From: a virus
IMG/VR virus record: IMGVR_UViG_3300018876_000008
Coordinates: 96,001 to 160,000 of that record
DNA length: 64,000 bases
Direction: 5' to 3' (one strand)
In this document: positions 45,656 through 54,674 of the stretch, one piece after another
Layout of the letters: every line of letters begins with the position of its first letter
Numbering within the stretch: the stretch's first letter is position 1
Made by a program: the position numbers and the translations under genes
Notes under the pieces: generated by a model
What the model was told of the DNA's origin: nothing
Seen by the model: the letters and a program-made list of their open reading frames with translations, nothing else
Databases searched by the model: none

Positions 45656-46222
45656 TTAAAGTCTATGTAAGGTGATTTCTAAATGCGATACAATCGCCTT
45701 ATCATATTGATTATTATTAACCATTATGTTTGTATAAAATGTTTGAGAAGTTAATTTCAAAACATTAGATGGCATCGCTCCATAAGTGTCAATTGAAAAT
45801 GTATACCTATTATCATTACCTCCGATGTACATTACTGTAGATTCGGTACAGTAAGTACAAGGAAAATCAACTGTAGTAGTTTGGTCACCTAAACTATCTG
45901 TAATTCTGAGACTACCGTAATCAAACTCCCATTGAGTATAATCAATATCAAATCGTCTTTTGATATCGGTACCTTCAAAATTTTGAGTGAGCAATAGGTT
46001 ACCACTTGAATCTTGTCCTGTAACTACAAATGCCGATACGGATGCTTGGTCTTCAGACAGTACCTCGATTTCACTATCATAGTTAACCTCATCGATTACA
46101 ACATTAATATCTACAACATCCCACCATCCATTAAGGTTAAGTTGAGGGTCACTAGTTAGTTCGTATTTCTCACATCCAACGAGAATTAGGGCTAAAGATA
46201 AAAGGTATAGTATATTTTTCAT
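45656..46222 (-). CDS. Lipoprotein, lipocalin-like
   Basis: Lipobox LVGC; LNGWW resembles the lipocalin GxW motif; TATATTTG upstream. Confidence 0.65.
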   Translation of the reverse strand: MKNILYLLSLALILVGCEKYELTSDPQLNLNGWWDVVDINVVIDEVNYDSEIEVLSEDQASVSAFVVTGQDSSGNLLLTQNFEGTDIKRRFDIDYTQWEFDYGSLRITDSLGDQTTTVDFPCTYCTESTVMYIGGNDNRYTFSIDTYGAMPSNVLKLTSQTFYTNIMVNNNQYDKAIVSHLEITLHRL

Positions 46223-46312
46223 AATGTTTATGTATTTTATTTAGTACAAATATAAGCCTTTTTATTTAACCACAAAAGAAAGATAATGCTTTTTTATAAT
46301 ATTTATTGAATT

Positions 46313-46993
46313 ATGGGTCAGTTAATAAACGAAATATCACGTATTAAAGGAATAATGGGTCTTATTAATGAGGGAGAGTCACAGTTTGATTCTTCTGAAA
46401 AAAAGACTATTGATGACTTTGTAGACTTTGTTAAAAAAGAACTTAAAATCGATAATGATGTTGAAATAAAACTTCAAAACGATAAAGATGGAATAAAGAC
46501 AACTGCGGTATACAAATACGAAGATGGTGACGATAAAGAAATAGAAAACTCAGAAATAAGAGTATTCACTTTAGGGAGAGCATTAGTTGATGTACTTCGT
46601 TCAATTGCACATGAGTTAGTACACCATAAACAAAATGAAGATGGTGACCTTGAGGGAAAACATTCTAATGTTGGTGGACCTATTGAGGATGAAGCAAATT
46701 CAGTTGCTGGTGAGATGATTAAAAAGTATGGGATAAAAGACCCTGAAATTTATGGTGACGACAATAAAGAAGAAATGGGTGAACAAGAAGATGGAGGGGG
46801 AACTGGAGGTGATTCAGATTCTGCTAACTCAACAGTTACCACATGGGAAACGGGATTAACAAGAGGACCTGCAAATACCTTAACAATAAGTGTATGGAAC
46901 ACAGGTGTTAACAGAGGTAAAGCCAATCATATTGATTCTACAGGTACGTGGGAGTCAGGATTATCAAGAGGTAAGGCAAATCCTCTTAACTAA
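46313..46993 (+). CDS. HExxH zincin-like protein with C-terminal repeats
   Basis: Leader INEISRIKGIMGLINE; AHELVH..Q, EDEAN..AG; three WxxGxxRGxAN repeats. Confidence 0.65.
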   Translation: MGQLINEISRIKGIMGLINEGESQFDSSEKKTIDDFVDFVKKELKIDNDVEIKLQNDKDGIKTTAVYKYEDGDDKEIENSEIRVFTLGRALVDVLRSIAHELVHHKQNEDGDLEGKHSNVGGPIEDEANSVAGEMIKKYGIKDPEIYGDDNKEEMGEQEDGGGTGGDSDSANSTVTTWETGLTRGPANTLTISVWNTGVNRGKANHIDSTGTWESGLSRGKANPLN

Positions 46994-47017
46994 CATATTT
47001 ATATATAAAACCTACAA

Positions 47018-48334
47018 ATGAGAAATAATGATATCATATTAGAGCAGGAACTTAAAAAAATAGGTTCTTTAATTGATTATGATAGGTCCAAAACCTTGAT
47101 GGAACAAGACCCAGCTTGGACACGTAATATTGGTAGACCCGGCACTACATCAATAACAGGAACAAAGATTCCTGGTAATTTAGGTGATGATAATATATTT
47201 AAAAATGTAGATATAGATTTACACGACATATTAATGGGTGTAGAAATTGCTTCAATGATAATCGCACCTTTTACAGGTCCATTAGCTCCGGTCTTTTTAG
47301 GTGTTAGTGTTGCTGCGGGTTTAGCGGACTCTGCAGTTTATTATTTTGTAGATGATGACCCACATTCAGCCCTTATCGCGGCGGCTTTGACTGTGATACC
47401 TCAAGCTAAATTAGGTAAAGTATTTAAAAATAGTAAATGGTTTATAAATAAATACGGTAGAAAGGCAACTGGTGAATTATTAGAAAAATACAATAAATAT
47501 AAAAAAGGTAATACCTCAATAAAGTTTACTGATGATGAAATTAAATTTTTAAAAGAGGCGGGTAAAGATGTTGTTTCAGAATCTTCACAACAAATTATTA
47601 AACAAGAAACTAAAGCGATGGTCAAAAAAGGTTTATTAAAGAATCTGTCTGAAAAATCACTTAAAGTATTAGTTGCTATGGTTTATAATATATTAAAGTA
47701 TTCAGGTAAAACAGCTAAATTTATAGGTACTTTAGGATTACAGGTGGGTGGAATTTATATCTCATTTGACAAACTATATCTTTTCTTGTGGGGAGATGAC
47801 GAGGATAGACAAAAATCCGAATTTAAACAAATTGCAGATTTAGTTGTAGAATTTAGTGGTGATATTAAGAAATGGTTAATTGGTTTATATGGTGATACCG
47901 TAGATGAAATGTCGGACGAACAGTTAACTGATTATCAAGAAAAAATTGCATCTGTTGATGAGGCAATTATTACACCATCGGAGTATGAAGAAATGGAAAG
48001 AAGAGAATACGAATACAGACAGGAAAATTTACCAGGTAAAAAAATAACTTTAGACGATATTAGAAAAGGTAAAGCAGATTTACACTACGGAGACCAAGGA
48101 ACATCTGTTAAACAGATACAAAACATGTTACTTAAAATTGGTCTAAATTTAGGTGAAGGAGGTGCTGACGGATTTTTTGGTGACGATACTAAAGAAGCTG
48201 TAGAAGATTTTCAAACATATCCTGATGATTATGGTGTTGAAGATATTATCATGTTAAAAAAAGTTGACGGAATTATCGGTAGAGAAACTTTAAAAGCAAT
48301 TGAAAAAGCAGTTAAAAACAAAAACAATGAGTAA
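47018..48334 (+). CDS. Putative virion protein with hydrophobic region and C-terminal peptidoglycan-binding domain
   Basis: L..GD.G..VK.IQ..L, ADG.FG..T..AV..FQ, VDGIIG..T; leader ILEQ...LMEQ. Confidence 0.75.
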   Translation: MRNNDIILEQELKKIGSLIDYDRSKTLMEQDPAWTRNIGRPGTTSITGTKIPGNLGDDNIFKNVDIDLHDILMGVEIASMIIAPFTGPLAPVFLGVSVAAGLADSAVYYFVDDDPHSALIAAALTVIPQAKLGKVFKNSKWFINKYGRKATGELLEKYNKYKKGNTSIKFTDDEIKFLKEAGKDVVSESSQQIIKQETKAMVKKGLLKNLSEKSLKVLVAMVYNILKYSGKTAKFIGTLGLQVGGIYISFDKLYLFLWGDDEDRQKSEFKQIADLVVEFSGDIKKWLIGLYGDTVDEMSDEQLTDYQEKIASVDEAIITPSEYEEMERREYEYRQENLPGKKITLDDIRKGKADLHYGDQGTSVKQIQNMLLKIGLNLGEGGADGFFGDDTKEAVEDFQTYPDDYGVEDIIMLKKVDGIIGRETLKAIEKAVKNKNNE

Positions 48335-50246
48335 TAAAAAAGTATTAAACGAAGTAGATAGAATAAAAGAGGTTATGGGTTTGTTAAATGAACAATCCCG
48401 TCCTAAGATAGTCAAAGGACTTATTAGTGTTATTGATGATTTATTAGGTATTAGCGCTAAAAATGTTGATGTTTTAGCGAGAGAATATGGTGATGATGGT
48501 GCTAAACTATTGAAAGAATTATCTGAAAGTAACCGTGGTGTAGGTGACATTTTAGATGACATGAGAAAATTATCAAACCAAAAAGCCTTTAGTGACACTT
48601 TTGAAGGTTTAAAATCTGCGTTCGATGAGGTTGTAGATGATAGTGGAATAAGTATAACTGAAAAAATTAATACTGTAAGGAGGGGAGTAAAAGAGTTATT
48701 AGATAAAGGTCAAAAAACAAAAGCTGCTGAATATTTTAAAAATGAATCTAAAAAGATTGCTGAGTTTGGGGACGAAACCATAGAAAGATTTATGAAAGAC
48801 GAATTCTTTTTTAATGACATTCCTAATTTTTCAAGGGCAGATTATAACTCAGCTTTAAAATTAGGTTCTGAAACCGTTAGAGGTAAGGGTACTGTCGGAG
48901 GTAAGGTTGGTAGGTTTATGGACACATTAAAAAGTTATTTTAAATCAGTTAAAAAAATAGAAGCAAAAATAGTTGATGATACCGATAATTATTTAAAATT
49001 AAAAGATGAGGTAAGTAAATTACCTATAGATGACCCTACAAGAATGGAGTTAATAAAAAGAGCGAATAGATACTTAGACCGAGTAGATTTTAATCTTGGA
49101 GTTTTAAAAAGAAAGAATAGAGAAACTTTAGACGCTTTAATTGAAGAAATTACTCAAAAAAGAAATTCATTACCTAGAACTTCACCCGAAAGAGCAAAAC
49201 TAAATGATTTAATACAAAGGGCATCTAAAGAGGATGCGGATGTTGTTAGTGTATGGAATTACCTACCACAAGGAGGTTATAAACCTGAAGGTAGTATGTA
49301 CCAAGAACTGAAAAAATTAAGACAAGATAGGGTAGATGCAATAAGAAAATTAATTATGCCTAGAAAGTGGATGAAACCTGAAACGTTAAACAGAATTTCT
49401 AAACTAAGTTATGGAGGTTCTGCAGGAAGATTCCTAACAGGTAATGTAGGACCTCCACTTAAAAAGTTATTTACAGACCCTAAAAAGGCGCCTCGTATTT
49501 TAGCTACTGAAATTGGTTCTAGATTATTCAGTATACCATTGGTATTCGGTGCTACTGAAACTCTTATGGATTGGATAGCCTCGATGGTACTACAAGATTC
49601 TGAGTTCATGTCCGAAGAATGGATTAAAGAACACCCTGATTTGGCAAATGTCATTGCAGGTTTTGGTTTTGACTATAAAGATTATGAAGATAGTTATTGG
49701 GCGACAGATTTCGTCATTAATACTGTTGAAAATACTTTACAAAATTTTGGTATTACGATACCTGCTTTGGCAATTAAAAATTGGATGGACGATAACTCAA
49801 AACCAGGAGGTGGTTACGCATGGTGGAATCAACAATTCAATAAATTAGAAGAGATGCAAAAAAGTGAAAGCTTTAAAAATGCAAGTGAAGAAGAGAAATT
49901 AAAGATTCTTGAGGACATTATAGAGGAAACAGATACTTGGGTGACAAAAACATCCTCTTGGTGGTATGATGGTTTACCACCAACGGTGGACAGTGAAATT
50001 AATAAAGTACTAGCTCAAATAGAATCAGAAACAACAACGGATGATACTGAGGTATCACCTTCACCTAATGGAGTAGAGGGTGATAACCAACAAGATGACT
50101 CATCCTCTTCAAGTTCAGGAGAACCTGGTAGTTTATCACATGCAAATGAAGTGTTTGGTGGTGGGGTTACTCAAGAAGGGGAACTATTTATATATGAGGG
50201 TGATAAATTTAAATTTAATGGTACTGACTACGAATGGGTACCTTAA
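48327..50246 (+). CDS. Large helical protein with LNE leader (putative internal virion protein)
   Basis: MSNKKVLNEVDRIKEVMGLLNEQ; ATG 48327 overlaps the upstream gene end. Confidence 0.7.
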   Translation: MSNKKVLNEVDRIKEVMGLLNEQSRPKIVKGLISVIDDLLGISAKNVDVLAREYGDDGAKLLKELSESNRGVGDILDDMRKLSNQKAFSDTFEGLKSAFDEVVDDSGISITEKINTVRRGVKELLDKGQKTKAAEYFKNESKKIAEFGDETIERFMKDEFFFNDIPNFSRADYNSALKLGSETVRGKGTVGGKVGRFMDTLKSYFKSVKKIEAKIVDDTDNYLKLKDEVSKLPIDDPTRMELIKRANRYLDRVDFNLGVLKRKNRETLDALIEEITQKRNSLPRTSPERAKLNDLIQRASKEDADVVSVWNYLPQGGYKPEGSMYQELKKLRQDRVDAIRKLIMPRKWMKPETLNRISKLSYGGSAGRFLTGNVGPPLKKLFTDPKKAPRILATEIGSRLFSIPLVFGATETLMDWIASMVLQDSEFMSEEWIKEHPDLANVIAGFGFDYKDYEDSYWATDFVINTVENTLQNFGITIPALAIKNWMDDNSKPGGGYAWWNQQFNKLEEMQKSESFKNASEEEKLKILEDIIEETDTWVTKTSSWWYDGLPPTVDSEINKVLAQIESETTTDDTEVSPSPNGVEGDNQQDDSSSSSSGEPGSLSHANEVFGGGVTQEGELFIYEGDKFKFNGTDYEWVP

Positions 50247-50261
50247 TAAATAACAAATAAT

Positions 50262-51329
50262 ATGGAACAATATAAATTTTGTAAAAAATGTAAATTAGAC
50301 TCAGGAGAGGAAAAAGAAGTTGCCGCATTATGTCATGCAAGATGTAGTCAGGGAAAGGCTGAATGTCTTGAATATGATTTATCGCAAGTGGTAAGTGACT
50401 TTCCAGAAATAAAAAAGAAAGACGGTGAAACAGTTACACCAAAGAAAAAAATGATAAAGTTTGATAACGGTAAACTATATCTTAAAGGTGAAAGTAGAAC
50501 TACCGATGGTACAGATAAAGACTTTGAATTGAAAAAAGAAAACGGTGAATGGTCTTTTTATGATGATGAAAAAGACGGTGGTGCAGGATGGATTAAACTA
50601 TCAGAATACTTCACAACATCTTTACATGAAAATAAATTATTTGAACAAAAAGAAATGAAATCATTATCAGACAAAATAAAAGATAAATTAAGAGACATAT
50701 ATTTTTATACTGTTTCTGAAAAAGGAAAAGAGAGAGTTATCTTTGATATGGAAGACTCTAAAAACATAGAACAACATTTAAAAGATTTACATAGCCAAAA
50801 TATTACAGGTGACCAAGGATTTGTCATGGCAGTTGTAAGGGCTAAAGGTTCTGATAAAGAAGACGGACAACTAATTAAATTAGGTTCTTATCCTAAAAAC
50901 TCTAATGTTGATTTAGGATTTGGAGAAGAAAAAGGGTTAGGTAGTCTCATAGGTACACAATATTTTTCAATAAAAAATAATGATGGTCCTGATGATAGAG
51001 ACTTCGAAATTGTAAAGGGAGATATTCATGGTGATATTGATTTTAAGAAAGAAGTTGAAGTGGAAGAACCTAAAGAAGCTGTAAATCAACCTGTTAAAGA
51101 AGAACCATATGAAGAGGTAATGAAACAAAAAGAATCTAAAGGATTAGCATCATTATTGGACACAAATGAGGTTGGTAATGATTTTACAAAAAAACAAAAA
51201 GAAATATTGGAAAAACTCAAGAGTCAGGGATATTTATTTAAGAGACCTGTTGAAAACTCGGAGTATAATCGAAAAAAAGTGAAAAGTTCAGAATTCTTAG
51301 AATCCTTTCACGTATGGAAAAAAAAGTAA
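50262..51329 (+). CDS. Hypothetical protein
   Basis: 355 aa; internal LHENKLFEQ. Confidence 0.75.
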   Translation: MEQYKFCKKCKLDSGEEKEVAALCHARCSQGKAECLEYDLSQVVSDFPEIKKKDGETVTPKKKMIKFDNGKLYLKGESRTTDGTDKDFELKKENGEWSFYDDEKDGGAGWIKLSEYFTTSLHENKLFEQKEMKSLSDKIKDKLRDIYFYTVSEKGKERVIFDMEDSKNIEQHLKDLHSQNITGDQGFVMAVVRAKGSDKEDGQLIKLGSYPKNSNVDLGFGEEKGLGSLIGTQYFSIKNNDGPDDRDFEIVKGDIHGDIDFKKEVEVEEPKEAVNQPVKEEPYEEVMKQKESKGLASLLDTNEVGNDFTKKQKEILEKLKSQGYLFKRPVENSEYNRKKVKSSEFLESFHVWKKK

Positions 51330-51334
51330 TAAGA

Positions 51335-51937
51335 ATGGGTATTAAGACTTCAATAATAAAAAACATTAAAATCTTACAAGAAGAGAAGAAAGTATCTTTA
51401 ACTGAAGAAAAAATAGTTAAGGGTAGATTCTCTGTTGTACCCACAAAAATAAACAAATACTCTACAATACAAAATAATAAAACGTTTAATGTACTGTTTA
51501 ATGAAGTGAGAACATTAAAAACTCATGGAATTAATCAAAAACTAATTAATGAAAATTTAGTTCAAGTTTTAAGTCAAATGTTTGATGAGGAAGGTCCTCG
51601 TTTTCTTGACGTAGTTAAAGAAAAGTTAGCAGAATACTTAAAAAGTAAGTTACAACTTACAGATATTGAACAAGAGATTTTAGTTAGTGCAATAGGTAAC
51701 ACTGAAATGGATGATGTTCCTGAGTTATTTAATGACCCAAGATTTTTGGCTCAAAAGATATCTCAAGCATACTCCGAAGATATGGGTAGTAAGTATTCTA
51801 TGGTGAATACTGATAACTCAGAGATGGTTAAGAAACTTGAAGACACATTTGTCGATAAGTTAAAGCCTGTAATCGGGGACGTTAATTCCAAAATGGAATT
51901 GAAGTTGAAAGACATTAGAGATAATATGCTTTCATAA
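51335..51937 (+). CDS. Hypothetical protein
   Basis: LQEE, LTEE, INEN sites; start at MGIKTS after the upstream stop. Confidence 0.7.
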   Translation: MGIKTSIIKNIKILQEEKKVSLTEEKIVKGRFSVVPTKINKYSTIQNNKTFNVLFNEVRTLKTHGINQKLINENLVQVLSQMFDEEGPRFLDVVKEKLAEYLKSKLQLTDIEQEILVSAIGNTEMDDVPELFNDPRFLAQKISQAYSEDMGSKYSMVNTDNSEMVKKLEDTFVDKLKPVIGDVNSKMELKLKDIRDNMLS

Positions 51938-51971
51938 ACTTTTAAAGAAAAAGGGGGTAAGACAATCTAAT

Positions 51972-52000
51972 AAAAGGTATCGGAAACGGTACCTTTTTTT
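51972..52000. terminator. Bidirectional intrinsic terminator
   Basis: AAAAGGTATCG-GAAA-CGGTACCTTTTTTT. Confidence 0.85.
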
Positions 52001-52493
52001 ATTTATAGAGTTTTTTAACAAAATCATCCCATATAGTTTCTACCTCTTCATTTATTATATGTGAGAATATATTTGGAACATAAGGTTTGGTTTTAAGTTT
52101 CATACCCGCTTCCGAAAGTGTTTTATCACCCTTTTTAGAGTTACATCTAAAACAAGAGGTCACCAAGTTACCCCATGTATTCTTACCCCCTTTAGAACGA
52201 GGTATAACGTGGTCTATAGTAAGATTTCTTTTAGAACCACAGTACTGACATGTATTTCTATCTCTTTTTAAAATTTTTTTCCTATTAACTTTAATCGTTT
52301 TAGGTCTAAATTTTATATAATTTAATAGTCGGATAATAATTGGACGTGCGAAATTACCTATAGTGGTTATAATATCGTTTTCTCCTTTTTTAATAATTTC
52401 AGCTTTACCCTTATCGACCAAAACGAACCCTCGTTTTAGGGATGTTACGTTAAGTGGAGAGTAATCTGAGTTTAATACTAGTACGGAACTCAT
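51999..52493 (-). CDS. HNH endonuclease (McrA-like)
   Basis: VLVLN..Y.PL, RD..TCQYCG, TIDHVIPRSKGG..W.NLV..C..CN.KK. Confidence 0.93.
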   Translation of the reverse strand: MSSVLVLNSDYSPLNVTSLKRGFVLVDKGKAEIIKKGENDIITTIGNFARPIIIRLLNYIKFRPKTIKVNRKKILKRDRNTCQYCGSKRNLTIDHVIPRSKGGKNTWGNLVTSCFRCNSKKGDKTLSEAGMKLKTKPYVPNIFSHIINEEVETIWDDFVKKLYK

Positions 52494-52567
52494 TAAAATG
52501 TTATTTTGTGTAAACTAATTATTGAATTTAATAATAAGTAATATATTTTATAAGAAAAAGTATTTTT

Positions 52568-53317
52568 ATGAAATTTGACCAAGTTTATGTTATTTCACTA
52601 GACCATAGTGAAGAATATATAAAAGATTTATATAATAGGTTAAGTAAAATTCCTTTACCTTACAATACTCCTGTTTTTATTATTGATGCGTTTTTAGGTA
52701 CTCGTTTAAAAAATGAAACCGATTTAGGTTATGAGTTATATAATAATTGGAATATTTCAGATTTAAACCCTAATTGGCATTGGTGGGAAAGACCTACAAC
52801 TTATGGTGAAGCAGGTGGGATGATATCTCATACTATGTGTTGGGAAGATGCGTATTTAAACGGATATGAAAATATTATGATACTTGAAGATGATTTTGAC
52901 ACAGACGGTACTTTAGATTGGAATATTTTTGAAGAGTTAGACGGTTATGATTGGGATTTATGTTTAATGTCACATAACCCATTACACGGAAACTTTTCAA
53001 ATATACACGGTTCATATGAAATTGGTAAAGAACATTTTTTAAGACCTTCTTATTTTTACAATACACATACTTACATTTTACAAAAAGATGGAATTAGGAA
53101 GTTGGTTGAGGACCATTTAGATACTCTAAAAAAGAATATAATAGTGTCTGACGAGTTTTTATCTGCCGTTACGACTACTCACCCCCGAAAAGATTTAAGA
53201 GAGCTCTACACATCTAATTTGAACGCTATAGCAACTAAAGAGGATTATACTTATCAGACTCGTTACATGAGTGCGGGGAATTCCTTAACTGAACCTACTG
53301 AAGATGATTTAAAATAA
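52568..53317 (+). CDS. GT25-like glycosyltransferase
   Basis: YVISL, GE.G...SH...W, ILEDD, THTYIL...G..KL. Confidence 0.8.
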   Translation: MKFDQVYVISLDHSEEYIKDLYNRLSKIPLPYNTPVFIIDAFLGTRLKNETDLGYELYNNWNISDLNPNWHWWERPTTYGEAGGMISHTMCWEDAYLNGYENIMILEDDFDTDGTLDWNIFEELDGYDWDLCLMSHNPLHGNFSNIHGSYEIGKEHFLRPSYFYNTHTYILQKDGIRKLVEDHLDTLKKNIIVSDEFLSAVTTTHPRKDLRELYTSNLNAIATKEDYTYQTRYMSAGNSLTEPTEDDLK

Positions 53318-53347
53318 AATGGGGGGTCATCACTCCCCCCATTCATC

Positions 53348-54097
53348 TTACCATCTTAACATTACTCCTGCCGTTCCTTTCCACTCGATGATTGCTCGTT
53401 TTGGAATCCAAAATTCGAATTCTCCGATTTCATCGATTTTAGAAGACATGTCTTCTTTGAACTTGGCAACTTCGTCAGAGTTCTTTGGGTGTTTAATACC
53501 CACGTACCCTGCACATACTGGTCCGATACCTGTTATTTGGGACATCTCATCAGTAAGAGTTCGTCCACAACAACGGCAGATACCAGCGTTGTCTTTTGTG
53601 AGTTTCGCTTTCAATTTGAAAGCTTTGTTAGAGATAGTCATCACTTCGGTAACATCAACCAAGATTGGGTGGAAATCTAGGTCGTAGTTTTCTTTGATAC
53701 CTAAAGCGACCTTACGACCGAGTTTAATAGTGTTACCTACCAATTTCAAGTTCAACTCTTTCTGAGAGTCTTTTTGAATTTCACGGTCGATTGCTTTGTA
53801 ACCTGCAGAAACCTGTTTTTCAGTCAACTGACGGTATTTCTTGTATTTCATCTTTAAGTCATTTACGAATTTAGACTCACCTGTGTATTCTACAATTGCT
53901 TTGAGTTCAGTTGGTAGTTCTTCTACCTTTAACTCACTGTTACGTACTTCTTGCATGATAAGTTTCTCTGCCACTGCGTATTGTTTTGGTGTTAAGCGAC
54001 CCCACTTATTAAGTGATGGTTGTAGTTTTTTAATGAATGAATTTACTCCTTCGTAGTTTCTTACTTTTTCTTCGATGTTGATACCTGTTACTGTCAT
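53348..54097 (-). CDS. Protein with DUF6011-like zinc-binding domain
   Basis: CRCCGRTLTD..S...GIGPVCA; duplicated F...L......LT.KQ unit; start at MTVTG. Confidence 0.75.
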   Translation of the reverse strand: MTVTGINIEEKVRNYEGVNSFIKKLQPSLNKWGRLTPKQYAVAEKLIMQEVRNSELKVEELPTELKAIVEYTGESKFVNDLKMKYKKYRQLTEKQVSAGYKAIDREIQKDSQKELNLKLVGNTIKLGRKVALGIKENYDLDFHPILVDVTEVMTISNKAFKLKAKLTKDNAGICRCCGRTLTDEMSQITGIGPVCAGYVGIKHPKNSDEVAKFKEDMSSKIDEIGEFEFWIPKRAIIEWKGTAGVMLRW

Positions 54098-54205
54098 GAT
54101 GATTTTTTTTTTTAGTTTCTTACTGATGATTACAATACAAAGATAAGCCAATTTTTTAGATATCAAAAAAAAATGCCAATTAAAATTAATTTAATTGGCA
54201 CTTAT

Positions 54206-54589
54206 TGGTGGAGGTGGCGGGATTCGAACCCGCGTCTTGCTCGTATTACCCTATAAAGGACTACACGTTTAGGACAATATTGATTCTCAATATTCCGAAA
54301 TATGTGATTGAATTTTTACATCCTCCATCACCAATAGATGTACGACTCGATTTAAGGTTCGGTCGTTTTTCCACCTTTGTAAGACTTCTGTTCCTAGGTT
54401 ATATGTCCCGACCCGTTGTGGTGTAACGTCTTACGCTACAGCCACTTCTTCAGTACGAACAAGTCCGATAGCCTGAAGTTTTGCGATAGTTTCGCCAGAT
54501 AAAAATTGCGTCCATAGATTTAAGTGATAGGATACATCTCACTACGTGCCCCGTATAACTAATTCCGCCAATCAATTCCATTCACCCCC
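54206..54589 (-). ncRNA. ssrA: tmRNA
   Basis: 5' GGGGGTG pairs with 3' CACCTCC-A-CCA including the G3-U Ala determinant; T arm GCGGG-TTCGAAT-CCCGC; tag frame 54431-54496 GETIAKLQAIGLVRTEEVAVA*. Confidence 0.93.
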
Positions 54590-54592
54590 ATA

Positions 54593-54626
54593 TTTTCAAA
54601 GAACTTACTTTATAGGTACAAATATA
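54593..54626 (-). promoter_or_regulatory. tmRNA promoter (-7 element) and boxA-like site
   Basis: TATATTTG at 54619-54626, then AGTTCTTTGAAAA at 54593-54605. Confidence 0.7.
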
Positions 54627-54674
54627 AATACTTTTTTTCTTATAAGAAACTATTTATAGTAAAAATACACGGAA

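Noticed and set aside
54205-54426. 73 aa plus-strand ORF MVEVAGFEPAS...
   Set aside because: Antisense reading of the tmRNA 3' end
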